This document shows, in pieces, positions 25,191-38,880 of a stretch of DNA of 64,000 nucleotides (positions are counted from its first letter, which is position 1; every line of letters begins with the position of its first letter). A program made the position numbers and the translations under genes. The DNA lies in assembly GCA_053919585.1 (NCBI GenBank), contig CM132791.1, one strand, 5' to 3'. The DNA is from Euprymna scolopes. Its lineage: Eukaryota. Under the pieces are notes generated by a model. That model was not told the origin of the DNA, did not search any database, and was given only the letters and a program-made list of their open reading frames with translations.

Positions 25191-26557
25191 GTATTATACA
25201 ATTAGAAGATGTGTACTTTTATATACCGTCTGAATGTTTTGTCCAACGTGAGTTTATAGCTTGATATGATAGACATCATCACAACCTGCTCCAGAAGTGA
25301 CAATATCTATTATATACAGGAGAACGGTGCTTGGATGAAATATTTCTTGAAAGGTATATTTAAATATTCCACAAAGCAGAAATATGAACTTTTTCTAATA
25401 AGACGAAGGTGACTATCATACATCTTACGATGGGTCTTGTGGAGACCACGAATTGGTGCCAGGTTAAGCACTCTCTAAAACTTTCGTATGTTGTTTTGTC
25501 ACACTAGTATTGATTTACATTCATAGAAAGATATTTGTGTTTTATTTCAGTTACACACGAGACATTAAATACGAATAAGCAAAGGTTATGGGGAATTAAA
25601 AATACAATGGATTAATGTGCCACATTTCTTCTTTGAATGTAATAAGTATGTAAAAAAAGTGAAAAGGCAGAAGATACATTCTTTCTTACGAAAATGGTAC
25701 AAATAAACGAGGAGAAACAATGGCTTCTCAGTCGGGTGCCAATCCTCGTTCTTGCAAGGATTCTTTACATTGTGGATATGTTGAACGGCAATCGGCATAG
25801 TGGAATTAGTAGACCACGTTCAATTTTAATAACCATATTAGCCGACCCGTGACCCGTTGGGCCAGTATATGTTATAACTAGCTACGGAATAGTGAGTATA
25901 CAGAATTAATGTATAAACGTGATAATCGTGACGGAAAGAAAATAGTTTTAACAATTACGTAAATGTATTTTTTGTTACATAACAGAAACATTCGTGTAAA
26001 AGTATATTAAAATGAAGTAAAAATATAGATAGATTTCTATGAGTCGTTTCAACATTAAACCTAATCATGCCTCCAGTGTGTGCGTGATTATCTTCAGTCG
26101 ATTTCATATACATAATGAAAAATTAAAAATTGAGTGTTTTATTGATTTTTTTTTTGTTATGATACGGTGCAGCGAACTAAGTATTATGGTTTCCATTCGA
26201 TGCACAGTTAGAAATTAATATAGATTAATCATCACAATACCACATTATAAGTATGGCGGTTTTCGTTAAAAGTCGCACTTCTTTGTTTACAAAACTATTC
26301 GGTAGAAGTGACGTCAAATAAATTTTAACGTATGGATGACCAACACTGTATATAATGTAGCTTTTTTTTAAACCAAATATAAAAATAGAAGTTGTATTTA
26401 AGCAGTCTATTTGAACTTTTATGACAAAATTATAACCTTTATAATAAAAATAAGTTTATGCGCTGTTTTTTTTTTGTTTTTTTTTTAATATAACATCAGG
26501 TGTTGGCGATTTTTTTAAAATCTAACATAAAAAAATATTTATGAACTTTTTTTTTAA

Positions 26558-27031
26558 TCTATAATATAAATCTCGCCTGTCTGTTTAAATGTATGTACAT
26601 ACGTACGTACGTATGTATGTATGTATGTATGTATGTATGTATGTATGTATGTATGTATGTATGTATGTATGTATGTATGTATGCCTAAAACTTTCAACAG
26701 AGGCAATGGATTTTCACGAGATCGGTATCGTTTTGACACTCAAGCTTTCGGACGACAAATATCGAAAAATTGGCTAAAAACATTAATTCCTTTACCGTCA
26801 ACTGGGCACTTTTCTACAAAAAGGGGTCGCTTTTTTGCCGATATTTTCGAAAGTCATCCCCTCTTTTCGATTGAGTAGCCTTAATTTTAACCTTCGCCAC
26901 TTCCGGCAAAGACGTCACGTTTTTTTCACCTTCTTTTCTTCTTTCGTGGAACGGGTTTGAACCTGCCTGCTTACCAAGTTTTTATATTTTGCTCAACACA
27001 CACCTCAAAACGCTCAGACAACGCCGGCTAG
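26558..27031 (+). mobile_element. Complete non-autonomous Helitron-type element (family A)
   Basis: A|TCTATAATATAAA 5' end, (GTAT)n, 3' ..CAACGCCGG-CTAG|T, i.e. inserted between A and T without a TSD. Homologues at 48068-48470 and 61616-62632. Confidence 0.85.
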
Positions 27032-30000
27032 TATAGTTATAAACTGTTTTTCCCCCCAATAATATGTTTATGAACTGTTTTTTTAATCCAACAAAAAAAG
27101 CAGTTCATGAATATATAAAACAACAACAACAAAAAAAAAAAAAACAGTTTCTAAATATTTTTTAAAAATCTCGTTGGAAAAAACAGTTCAGAAATATTTT
27201 TCATAACAGTCATATTTTTATGTATGCTGTAAAGTAATTGCTAACACCTCTGATGTTTAATGAAAAAAAAATGATAAAGGTTATAATTTTGTTATACAAT
27301 TTGAAATAAAGACTATTTGAATAGTACCTTAGTAAATTTTCATTTGATTTCAACGTTAACATTTTCCTTTTAAATGACGACGTCTGCAAGTTTTCGGGTA
27401 TGCTGAAAAGGAATATCGCATTTAAAAATTCCACATTTAAAATTTCCGCAAATAAGTAGTTTTCCGAATATTAAGCAATCTAATTCCTCATCTTAAAAGT
27501 TGTTAACCGATTGTATTATTTCAACGCCCAAGCAAGACGATTTGAGTTTTATATTATAATAGATTCAACATTGTTTGCTTATTCAGATTGGCACTTATAG
27601 CGATAAACAAAAATGAGAAACTTTTATATTGTACCTCCTTGTCACAGAATGAAAATTGTATATTCCACAAAAAAAAAAAAAACGCAAAAATTGATCAAAT
27701 AGTTTTTTTATTTGCAAAAAGCAAATTTTCCATTTTTCTAACAGATAAGTGACAACAATGCCATATTTCTCCAGAGAATACATTTAGGGGAGGTAATTAG
27801 TGATTTTGACAGTTTTCAGTGTCTGCCCTTGTTCACCGATTCGTTGATTTCATTTTTTTCTCCCTCAACGAAACAGAGTAAAATTTGATTAACTTACGTA
27901 ATTTTTGAAATTTTATATTCGTCTCTTGACTGGTGCGTACATCATACAGACATTTCTGTATTTTCTTTAATTTTAAATGCCGCCATTAGTGCCAATCTGA
28001 ATAAGCACCTAACAGTAAATAAGTCCAAAATATGGGACCTACTTAACAATATAAAACATATGTAAAGATGTTTCATATTAAAACTACTAGCTTTGCGTGA
28101 TTTTTTATTATCTCTCCCTCCCCCTCTAACTCTCTTCCCAGCAATGGCTAGCTGGTAGTCAGTGAAAGTTAACAGTTGTTTGTAGACAAAATGTTTACAG
28201 TAAAATAAAGTCATTAAATTTTGTCATTCACTTGTTAACGCGACAACAAAGATAACGATAACAGAAGAAGAAAATAGAACGGTTCCTATCTGATCTGCAT
28301 CTCCTATAGCAACTTTTGTAAAAATCCTTTAAAAGATAAATATTAGTTTTCTGGGTCTATTTCAAAGATAATAAAGTAAAGTCCTAAGATATTAAATTAA
28401 ATAAACACCTTGTTTGTACAAAAAAAAAAAAAGAAGCTAAATTAGCCCCCCAAAAGCGAGTAATTCTGTGGTTCGCAAAATCGCAACTAATAAAGTTTTG
28501 TAAAGACGATTATACGGAAGCCCAAAATAATAGCCAATCGAAACGCTGTTTCAAAATGTGGTCATGATATGAAAAGGGGGTAGGGTGCCAGTTTTCTTAA
28601 TTTTTCCCCTGACGTGCATCCGTATATTCCTATCCTGAACGTTGTATCATTTATATCATTTTTTTATTTAATTATTTTTTTATGTTCCTGTTTTAAAATT
28701 AATTTTTTAAAATTATTCTTCAAGATTATATAAAAATCACATTACGCTAAAAGTTTCACATTCATGCGAGCAAGGAAATTAATGAAATGTTGCATATAAA
28801 AATTATGCGAAATCTGTAATTTAAAATAAAAGTAGGAGTATTTTGGCTATTATGATTTTTTTGTGTGAAAATATTAAATAAACAATGCTTAATTCAGTGG
28901 TAATATCGGTCGTTCGAGAAATTAGTTTTTCTTCGAGTTATATCGAATTCATTAATACGGACTTTAGGGGCTTTTTTTCGTAATGTTTCTGTAAAAATTA
29001 AATATTAAAAAAAAAAATTATTATAATTTACGATGCATTATTTTCATAAAAAAAGCAGAAATAAATTTGTTTTTTTTACTACAGAAAACCATAACTTTAG
29101 TAAAGGTATTTTTTGTTTAAACAAAATAATACATTTCCACTAAGATTTAAATAAAATAATTAGTTCATTATATTCCGTAATCAGTATTTTATAAATACTG
29201 AAAATTTGATTACAATTGGTTGATTTCCTGATTTTTGGTGAATTTCTAAGTAAGGGAAGGAGTCAAAATGTTTATATATTTGGAGCATCGGCATTCATTT
29301 TGCACGTACCTCCTTTGAGGAGTTGACAAGAGGAAGCTAACGTAATGCTGAAAAAGAATTAAACAACAGAGCAACAAGTTTGTTTGCATGTTTGTTTGGT
29401 TTTGTATCCAGTAATATTTATTACAGCTACCAGAGAAGAGAGAAATACAGCTGCTGCAATCATCACTAGCAGAGACGGGGAAAGCAAACAACTCTGTTAT
29501 TGCTGCGAAAACACTATGGCAGTAACTACTACAGCCATGCTCACAGAAAGACGTCACTCTCTACTAAGCATTTACTGACATGCACGTAAGTGAGATGAAC
29601 AGCTGTTTCTGTCAACAAAGAAAACACTGAATAATACATGGAGATCAAAGAAAATTCCCATGCAGCACTAGTTATGTAGCTATCAATACATTTTGATGTG
29701 TCCTGTAAAGGGATATATTTTGTTTGAAGTAGCTGAATAGTCTTGGTAATCTAGTAAGTCGCTTTAATGAACAGTTGTTCTTAATTAAAGCTTTAGGCTG
29801 TTGGCGTATCTTTCAATGTCTCTTCCAGCTTTCATACTCGTCCATATTTATGGTTTAACCAACCAATCATATTCTTGTGTGGATGAACCCGAATGTATTC
29901 TTTACATCACGTTGAATACAATCTTCTGTAAGAATTCAATATGTTTTATTCAATTGAAATCGAAAATAGATTCCTTTGCTTGTTTTCTACAATAGGTTAC

Positions 30001-31087
30001 CATTCCATGCATTGGTTTACTTCCCTCTTAGTCATTACATTTTATTCAACAATGAAAACCAATTTGCATTCCGTAGAATCTGATATTAATGCATTATCAT
30101 TTTTAAAATTAGTCTTTATGCAATTTTTTTCAGAGAGGCAATCTTAAAAATTGCAATGAAGAATTTGAATGTCTTGGAGATTAATTAGGTCTAAGTAACT
30201 CAGAAAGCCATGAGTAATTCAAATCAACGTAGAAAATGTCCACTTGTTTTGCCAACTGGAAAAATAGACTCTGTGATTAAGAATGGCTGTCCGACTTCCC
30301 CATATCTATGACAAAGCAACCGGAAGTTTTGAAGAATTTATGAAGCAGAAAATAATCCATCTTTTCTGAAGTCGGTTAAAAAATATTTACTTTGACATGA
30401 ATACTCGTTATTATTTTTTGATGGATTGGAAACAAACAAAGAAGAAGATTCAAAATGTCTGCCGATTTCTGTTTAAACACAATTGTGGCAGTTCATTAAT
30501 ATTTATTATTACTTTTTGATGAATTAGAAGAAGAAGAAGAAGAAGAAGAAGAAGAGATCCAAAATGGCTGCCGATTATAGATATTCTCTTATGGTATTTC
30601 ACAACTTTTGGAAACAAGAAATCATTTTCATGCTTCACTAACAATCTGGATTAACCAATATGGATGTCATTTTTCAAGAAGGAAGAATTGATCTTTATAA
30701 ATTAATTCATTGTAATTGAAACAAATTTCTTCATCAGATACAACTAAAAAATGAACAACAAAATCGCAAGATGTATCCTCTCTACTTAAAGTATGTATAA
30801 AATTTCGCTAGAAGTTTAAAGTTTCAGAAAAGACTACATAGCAGGATATGACGTCATCAGAAAAGAAACAGCAAGAGTAATGTTTTATTTGACTTACCCT
30901 GTCAAGATCAACTGTTTTGTTTTCAATTTTGACCCTTTAGTGACAATTTCTACCGGCTAAAAACCAAATCAAAAATGTGCTACAGACCCAAATACTCTAT
31001 ATATCAAATTTCAACTCTGTAGGCTAACTATTCAGAGACAAGTTTGGTAGAGACTTTTCGCACACACACCAACACTACAACACTATA

Positions 31088-32044
31088 TGTTACAAGACAA
31101 GGCTGTCCCCTTTTCCTGTAAATAAGAAAAACATTAGATAAGTGGAAAATGAGATTAGGATAAGCCGAAACTCGAACCTTGTAAGCAACGTTCAGAGATA
31201 GATTTAGAATTGGAATGTTAGAATTTCGCTATTGTTTTGGAAAAAGTTAGTTATTGTTTGTATTGTAAAAAGAATTTAATTGTTCATTCTTTTATGAAAA
31301 CTGAATTAAAAAGGTCAGCTAAAAAAGAATGAACAATACAAATTAAAAATATATTGAAAAAAATAGGTTAGGTTGAAAAATAGCTTAGTGAGAATTCTTT
31401 GTTTGCAGAAGTGTGTTTGGAGAACGTGTGCTGAGCCACGTGAGTGGTCACGTTTAGAACCACACATCTGACGTAATAACCAAAAGGGAATTCTCAATAA
31501 TAGGAGAGGATTAGCAAATTAGTCAGAGAGTCGACAGTCGGCAGTCGAGCAGAGGAGGCAGAACAGTTGAGCCTGCTAGTAAGAGAGAGAGAGAGAGTTG
31601 GAGTCAGGGTCCTTTGGAAGCGAAGGAAAAAACATTTAACCATGTAGAAACGAATTTGAATTCCTGACATCATCATCATTTCGACTGGTCAAATGAAATA
31701 AAGAACACCATCGATTTTTGTAACTGTTGTCTTCGTGTCGTCATTCAACAATTGAAGGTAATGTATTAATCATCTTAATATGAACTTTGTATAATCCTCT
31801 TCGAAGTAATGTGTCCCCCTCCTCCATTATAAGTAATGATTATCCCCCCCTGATGTAAAAGAACTGATCACCCTCTCTCCTCACTAATACATGTTATAAG
31901 AATCCACAGAACTGTAATATGTATAAATGTCTTCTCTCTCTCCCTGTTATAAATGTCTTGTCTCCATCATCGTTACCTCTGTATTATATGTCCCCGTCAT
32001 CTCTCGATATATGATCCCCAATATGAAACCCCTGCTATACAACA
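31088..32044 (+). mobile_element. Solo LTR, family 1 (957 bp)
   Basis: TGTTAC...ACAACA termini, TSD TATA/TCTA, AATAAA near 31697. Colinear with 55983-56848 and 61962-62525. Confidence 0.85.
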
Positions 32045-32256
32045 TCTAAGTTTTTGTGCCCGTGATCATTTTTATTCGGCAAGAGTAAAAAGAAAAAAAA
32101 AACCATACCACGGAAACACAATGTAAGGGTCCATGGAAGAAAAAAAAAGACACACCACGAAAAAAAAACAAAAACAAACAAAGAAAAAATGTTAGACGAA
32201 ATAAAACAATAATAATAATAAAAAAGAAATACATACATGCACACAATAGAAAAAAG

Positions 32257-32315
<59 letters not shown>

Positions 32316-32719
32316 GTGCTAGAACGTTTCCATCTTAAATTCTATGCAATTATGTAAAATCTAGAAATTATGCATACAATTAAGTCTAATAGTGAAATAA
32401 AATTAATCATCTTATAAGAAACCATAAAAAATGAAAAATTAATTAACGCTCATTTTTCAAATGAATATGCAAATTATTTAACCTTCATGTAGTTGCTCAC
32501 ATATCCATGACTGAATATATTAAAAAGTTCGTATGAATAATTTTTACATAGAAAAAGTAGGCTTTTAATATCAATATCAGTGTGAGAAAAAATTCTCATC
32601 TTTATAGATACATAGATAAACTATTAAAAAAATATTGCATCAGTTTAGCAAGTTTAAACAAATTAAACTTTTATTTTTATTAAATGTAATTAATGACAAA
32701 TTACAACTAAAAAAAACAT

Positions 32720-33001
32720 CATTTGCATTATTTATACTACTGTTCTCATCTTGAGTGTTATTTTCACAACATTTTGACCAAGATAAACATGGGAATCTTT
32801 CTGTGGAATCAGTAATTTGTACAGAACTTTGAACCCTTTATTTAAGTCATAGGAATAGTTAATTCTCATTCCATCAGCCATGACCGGGTAGAAGTCTTAA
32901 GCAATTCGTAATTGTATTCCTAGTATCGCCTGCACTTAAGATTGAACCTTCACAAAAGAGTGTCACTTAGAACTGAATTTTACCTAAGTACTTCATCCGT
33001 T
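32720..33001 (-). mobile_element. SINE-like repeat, same family as 5375-5632 (hammerhead part largely deleted)
   Basis: Reverse complement shares AAGTACTT..AAAATTCAGTT.TAAGTGACAC, GAAGGTTCAATC and CAAGATGAGAACAGT..TAATGCAAAT. Confidence 0.6.
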
Positions 33002-33765
33002 ATTATATATTAGGACCCTACGCCAATAAGTAGAGATTATATAAGCTACTATGAATTTTGGTAAGAGTTAAAAAGTACATGTCAGGATAACCTGACGGCA
33101 AATGAAAATAGACCCACCTACTGCTGGCGTGATTGAAGATTATCTCCATAGACAAAACATACTAGAAATAAAGGTGTCGAATTATATGACAGAGATAATG
33201 TCATGTGTTTGTAGAACAGAACTGAGTTTTACTTTGTCAGAGTCGGGAAGCAAGACAGGCGACATGCATCTGACAATGTAGGAAGAATCAAAGTGAATGT
33301 TGCCCTGAGACTCTGTCTGTATGCCGTCATCTTAAGACGAAGTTAGATAAACAAGTTAAGAAGTAATTAGAATTATATATTGATCTCTCCTCCCATGAAC
33401 AACTTCTCTCTAAATAAAACCTTTAAAACCCAGTCAGTCCCCATTGTGCTTCCATACAGCCCTCACATGGAAAAATGACGATTGGGGAATAAAGATGAGC
33501 AACTGCACACGTATGTAAAAAAAAAGAACTTTGTTTTGTTGATTTGTTTTTTTTTTATTGTTCATGGACGAAAGTGCAAAAGTGCGAATTTATGTACAAA
33601 TTGGTTTATGTAACATTCAAAATGAGTTCTTGTGAGCGACACTAAAAATGTACCATTGACCAAAATATTAAAACCATTCAAAAAAATTTTTTTTTTTTTA
33701 ATTCTCATTAAACAGAAACACTTTCTTTTATTTAGCAACGTTTGTCTAAATGAAAATATGCTGCA

Positions 33766-33801
<36 letters not shown>

Positions 33802-33804
<3 letters not shown>

Positions 33805-35434
33805 TGATGATCATATTTATTGGCACGGTAAAATAAAAGTTAAATTTTGTCTAATAAATTCTAAAAAAGGGATTAAATTAAAGAAAATAACAAAGTATAT
33901 TATGTATTTTTAACTGGCCTTTCCGATGCAGCAATCGGATTTTAGAAAAAATAAATAACAAAGGAACAACAAACATAATTGCAAAAAACCCTTGTTCAAA
34001 ATTATTGGCACGGCTTTGTTTTTCTTTTAGTATCAGTATAATATCAATCAATTTCCGGTTTACGTGCTTTCTGAACTTTTTTATAGCCATATTATGCTTG
34101 TTTAACGCTAATTCAGTGAATAATTTTTTTCAGATAATTTTTAGATAGCGATTTATTTAAACTATTATAAGTGACTAAATTATAATTTTCAATCGCCATG
34201 GTTAAACCTAAGGAACACAGCGAAGACGTCAGGAAGCTTGTTGTAGCATGCCATACCAATGGGGAGGGCTATGATAAGATTTCAAAGAAGCTAAACCTTC
34301 CCAAATCCACTGTTAGAGCCATAATAAACAAGTTCAAATCGCAAGGCCACGTTATGAGTTTAGAGGGTAGAGGGAGAAAAAGGATTCTTTCCCCAAGAGA
34401 TGAACGGAAAATTGTTCGACAAGTAAAACAAAACCCAAGGATCTCTGTTGGGGAAATTGTTGATGAACAGAGCACCTCTGGAGTGAATGTATCTCGACAT
34501 ACAGTTGGTAGAGTTTTGAAGAGAGCTGGTTTAAAAGCATGTCGTCCGAGAAAGACTCCCTTATTGAAGCCTATGCACCTGAAAGCAAGGCTAGCCTTTG
34601 CAAAACGTCATATTGATAAAGATGTTGCATTCTGGAAACGTGTTCTATGGACTGACGAAACGAAAATAGAGTTATTTGGCCATAATAAAGTGTCTTATAT
34701 TTACAGAAAATCTGGCGAAGCTTTCCTGCCTAAGAACACCATACCCACAGTGAAGCACGGTGGAGGCAGTTTGATGTTTTGGGGATCCTTTGCTGCCTCT
34801 GGACCAGGGCGACTTGTTAAGGTCACAGGTAGCATAAAAAAGGAAGATTATGTTAAAATATTGGATGAAAACCTGAAAGACTCTGCTAAAGAGCTCTCAC
34901 TTGGTCGTCGTTGGTGGTTCATGCAAGATAATGACCCAAAGCATTCGGCTAAACTGACTAAGAAATGGCTTGAGGACAATCATATTAATGTTTTGGAGTG
35001 GCCATCACAAAGCCCAGACCTTAATCCAATTGAAAATTTATGGAGAACATTAAAATTGAGGGTAATGCAAAGGAAGCCTAAGAATCTTATTCAATTGGAG
35101 GATTATTGTCAGGAAGAGTGGGCTAAAATTACTACTGAAGAGTGCAACAACTTGGTTGTAAACTATGAAAAGCGACTGAGGAAGGTAATAAAGGCCAAAG
35201 GCTATACAATTGATTATTAAATAAATCGTGCCAATAATTTTGAACAAGGGTTTTTTGCAATTATGTTTGTTGTTCCTTTGTTATTTATTTTTTCTAAAAT
35301 CCGATTGCTGCATCGGAAAGGCCAGTTAAAAATACATAATATACTTTGTTATTTTCTTTAATTTAATCCCTTTTTTAGAATTCATTAGACAAAATTTAAC
35401 TTTTATTTTACCGTGCCAATAAATATGATCATCA

Positions 35435-35437
<3 letters not shown>
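33802..35437 (+). mobile_element. Complete Tc1-family transposon (IR/DR type), 1,636 bp
   Basis: 211-bp TIRs at 33802-34012 / 35227-35437 starting CAGTG, with one visible mismatch. TATTGGCACG direct repeat at both ends of each TIR. TA flanks inside (TA)n. Confidence 0.98.
34198..35220 (+). CDS. Tc1-like DD34E transposase, intact 340 aa
   Basis: Paired-like HTH N-terminus, GRKR linker, WTDETK, HGGG, QDNDPKH and WPSQSPDLNPIE. 34 residues between the second D and E. No stops or frameshifts. Confidence 0.98.
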   Translation: MVKPKEHSEDVRKLVVACHTNGEGYDKISKKLNLPKSTVRAIINKFKSQGHVMSLEGRGRKRILSPRDERKIVRQVKQNPRISVGEIVDEQSTSGVNVSRHTVGRVLKRAGLKACRPRKTPLLKPMHLKARLAFAKRHIDKDVAFWKRVLWTDETKIELFGHNKVSYIYRKSGEAFLPKNTIPTVKHGGGSLMFWGSFAASGPGRLVKVTGSIKKEDYVKILDENLKDSAKELSLGRRWWFMQDNDPKHSAKLTKKWLEDNHINVLEWPSQSPDLNPIENLWRTLKLRVMQRKPKNLIQLEDYCQEEWAKITTEECNNLVVNYEKRLRKVIKAKGYTIDY

Positions 35438-35486
<49 letters not shown>

Positions 35487-35662
35487 GCTTCCTTCAGTTT
35501 TGATAGACTATGGATATCCATTGGAAGGATGGCTGCATGTGAAATTTTTGTAGCAGGAGTTGCGCAATTTCTAACCACACCTCTCCTGAGTCGGCGTTGT
35601 TAATACTAGTAGCAAGTGGAGGTTCAGGACGACTGGAAACAATGCTGAGACAAGCAGAGAGC

Positions 35663-35777
35663 ACATACAGCGCCTAGAATTCCCAAATAGTCACCCATCC
35701 GGTACTAGCCATGTTCAACATTGCTTAACGTCGGTGATCTGATGAGAACCAGTGTGTCAACGTGATTATGCCGTATA
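35663..35777 (-). pseudogene. Full-length 5S rRNA-derived copy (possible SINE3 head; body/tail to ~35481)
   Basis: Reverse complement ATATACGGCATAATCACGTTGACACACTGGTTCTCATCAGATCACCGACGTTAAGCAATGTTGAACATGGCTAGTACCGGATGGGTGACTATTTGGGAATTCTAGGCGCTGTATGT is colinear with 5S rRNA over ~115 nt, with many substitutions. Confidence 0.85.
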
Positions 35778-35944
35778 TTATAGTAATTCTCCAAGTTACA
35801 AATATCAAGTTTGGTATTTATTTCAAGTTGGTTATTTATTACTTTTCAAAAGGTATTCATTATAATATTGTTTCATATTGCGACTAACAAGTCTGCAAAA
35901 TTATGTTATTGCTGCATATTTAGTCACATACTCACCTGAAGTCC

Positions 35945-36110
35945 TACCTAACTAATATTCCTGGTGAACCAAGTGCAAAAGAGATTCAGACAATTGCACT
36001 TAAGGGAACAGCGAGGATACTAAAAAGAGCTCTCGGTTGGTTTCAATAAAAAAGCGGGGCAATGTTGGCAGCTGGTTTGGCTGCCCCATACCCAGCATTA
36101 CAATCTTCAA
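35945..36110 (+). mobile_element. R4/Dong-like LINE 3' fragment (second copy)
   Basis: LTNIPGEPSAKEIQTIALKGTARILKRALG, homologous to 17174-17268. Confidence 0.6.
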
Positions 36111-38035
36111 AGGAAGAAAAATAAAAAATAAAAAAAATCAGATGTTTCCCTTAAAAACTTATCAAAACACCATTTTGGACAACTTACATCAATTTATTTA
36201 ATGAATATTGACGTTACTTTTCTTGTGATAAAGTTAAGATGAAAGACTTTGCTGATATGCAGGTTACTAATTTAGTGATTATCACCAATATGATAGTTCT
36301 ATGACGAATGTTTCCGGGGAGTGTTACTCGGTTGAGGAATATCCTGGGAACACAACCAGCTCCCCGGGGGAATAAACGATATCAAATGATAGGCATATGA
36401 AAACAATAACGGCTGGCATAGGTTGCTTCTTAAGTCTTCATTGCGTTGTTACAGGCAGCATTTCCATCGCCGGCATTAATGGCAGGGACCGCTTATTGAA
36501 ATCGAACGCTTGTACAAAAATAGCGAACAAATGCATTTTTATAAAAATATAAAATTTATTTTATGTTTAACAATGGAGGAGCATATTTAGTCGTTGACAC
36601 GTTGCGTGCGCACAAAACTGCTATCTCCGTCTGGTGCGTGCAGGATCCATGCCTCAACTGTTTAAAACGATACACTCATATTCAATTCTCTCTTTCTTCA
36701 TTGAAAGAGAGAGGAAGGGAGAGAGGAGAGAGAGAAAGAGAGGGAGTGAGAGAGAAAGAAGGGGAGTGAGATGTTTCATCGCCAATATTTTTTTTTTCAA
36801 AATCAAATGTCAACATAGCTTAAATTATTCGGTGCACCGAAGTCATAAACAGCTGTCAATCTTTGTGTGCCGACAGTGTCAACCTTTATCAATTTGTGTT
36901 CTCACTGAATTGTGCGCATTTTTGCCTCCGCACAAGTACAGAACAAGTAAGGTTTATTAATGTATAAGCCCCAGCTCCCCAAAAGGGGCGTTCTTCATTG
37001 TGGCACAATCCCAATCACATATTTAACATTGCCTTCAGTATTCCAACACACAAATAAATTCACTTAGATGTGTATGGATAGAATCTCAGTACTAAAATCA
37101 TTATTTGCATCAAATTATAATTTAGAATTCGTTTTATTAACCCATGCTGAATTTATTCCATGTCATTTATCAAGATTGGAATTGTTAATGATCCTATTAA
37201 GATGTGGATGAATTCCATGTTCAGATGCACAATACTGATCTGATTAGACACATGATGAGAAAGAAAAAAATAAACATAGACGGAAAAATAACAAATAAAA
37301 TGAAGAAGATAATGAAGAATGTTTAGAAATATATCTATATAAGTCTATCTCCTTCACAGTCTGTTCAAAATTAAGTCTAATACTTTCTTAATTATCTACA
37401 TCAATATCTTCATATATAAATATGTTCATCCATTCATCACCTACTTTACCTATCGCCTACATTCAATGCATCTACCTTATAAGATACACCTATTCATATA
37501 TCTTCTTATATATAAAACTAAGTCGATTTTCCCTACTTCTTTTACTGAAGTAGCTTTGTTAACAAAAGGTACATACTTTAAACTATTAATTCAGTAAAAC
37601 TTCGCAGATATTGGTCTGTGTTATTATATATTATATATATTATATATATTATGAGTCAATGTCGAATAGGATTAAAAGTGTGTATAAAGAAAATCTAGTT
37701 AAACTCTCGAAGTTAGATGACTATAGAAATGCATCTAACAAATCGATATTTAATTCAGCCTAGCCATTGAGAAATTTTCAGCCTTTGCAATCAAATTCAA
37801 CTTGAGAATTCTTACATTCACTATTCATTTTGATTGGCTAATTAATATCGATGAATATCCAATAAAAATCCAATACTACAAAATAATCAGTTCAAATATT
37901 TAAAAAATGCAACTGTTCACTTTCAGAAAAACTAAATAGAAAACACGGCAATATACAAAAGAATGACATTCAATAATATGGTCTTAGATTGAATGTTTTC
38001 TTGTTATCATTGTGGCAAACTGGTCAATGACATCG

Positions 38036-38576
38036 TCAAAATCTTTCTTGTAACTTCGTTTCCAATGAACAGCACAACCAGATCCGAGAATCTCGACTCA
38101 TAGTTGATCGGAGACCATTTTTTTTTATAAGTTTAAATTTGGAGAAAAGTTTTGCACACAGTGCCACTGGAACACATATTGTAAGAAAGAATCTTAGAGT
38201 CAGCGTGAAATATAGCACTGGCTCAACAAAGTTTCGATTGATGATAAACTGTAGGAACTGCAGTGCAGTCCAGTGCTTGGCTTCTCCCACTTTAATTTCA
38301 GCAGTAGGTGGTGCCTTAAACGTAAAATTTCTAAACAAATTCATCATACACAGCAGTGAGTTTAGTAACATACAATTGTATTTCTTTGTATTCGGCACAA
38401 ATAATATGGAATAGAGGGGTCATAAATTATTTTTGGGGAGGGAGTCATATGCCCACCTGTGAAATTTTGTGTCTCCACCACTGTTTTAAGACTATTTTTG
38501 GCCTGGTTGAATAATGTTGTTGGAGTGATATTGTGTCACCCCTCCTCTGCTGGCACCCCCGTTTAGCTACGCCACA
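38036..38576 (-). mobile_element. Decayed hAT element: hATC dimerisation-domain remnant plus terminal motif
   Basis: LRFFLTICVPVALCAKLFSKFKLIKK.GLRSTM resembles SVASCERSFSKLKLIKNYLRSTM. GTGGCGTAGCTA terminal motif on the minus strand near 38563-38575. Confidence 0.75.
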
Positions 38577-38604
38577 CATATAGCAAGTTATTTTTATAAC
38601 TTGC

Positions 38605-38681
<77 letters not shown>

Positions 38682-38842
38682 TCGTAATTACACTAAAGAA
38701 GGCCGAAGGATGTCGAAAATTTTGTTTTTTAGAAAAAAGTTTTTTTCAAAAATATATTTTGGTAATTCTACACCTCAACAAATAAAAAACAAAGAAAAGA
38801 TATAAGCATTTATACATTTCTCGTATTGATTTTATATAAATA

Positions 38843-38880
38843 CTAGAAGGGACACCCGACGTTGCACGGAATTGAATGAG
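38843..38880 (-). mobile_element. Helitron-type 3' terminus (extent upstream unclear)
   Basis: Reverse complement CCGTGCAACGTCGGGTGTCCCTTCTAG|T gives a hairpin followed by CTAG. Confidence 0.5.

Noticed and set aside
29560-30740. Possible highly decayed hAT transposase on the minus strand
   Set aside because: Only faint motif resemblance with many stops; cannot be supported without a profile search
35663-35777. Functional 5S rRNA gene
   Set aside because: Solitary, many substitutions and deletions, no T-run terminator after the 3' end
36560-36960. Promoter or first exon with GA-repeat, TTCGGTGCACCGAA palindrome and GTAAGG donor
   Set aside because: No downstream coding exon identifiable; evidence is compositional only
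38690-38725. Hammerhead-like CTAAAGAAGGCC..GTCGAAA
   Set aside because: Core mutated and stems unpaired; at best a decayed remnant
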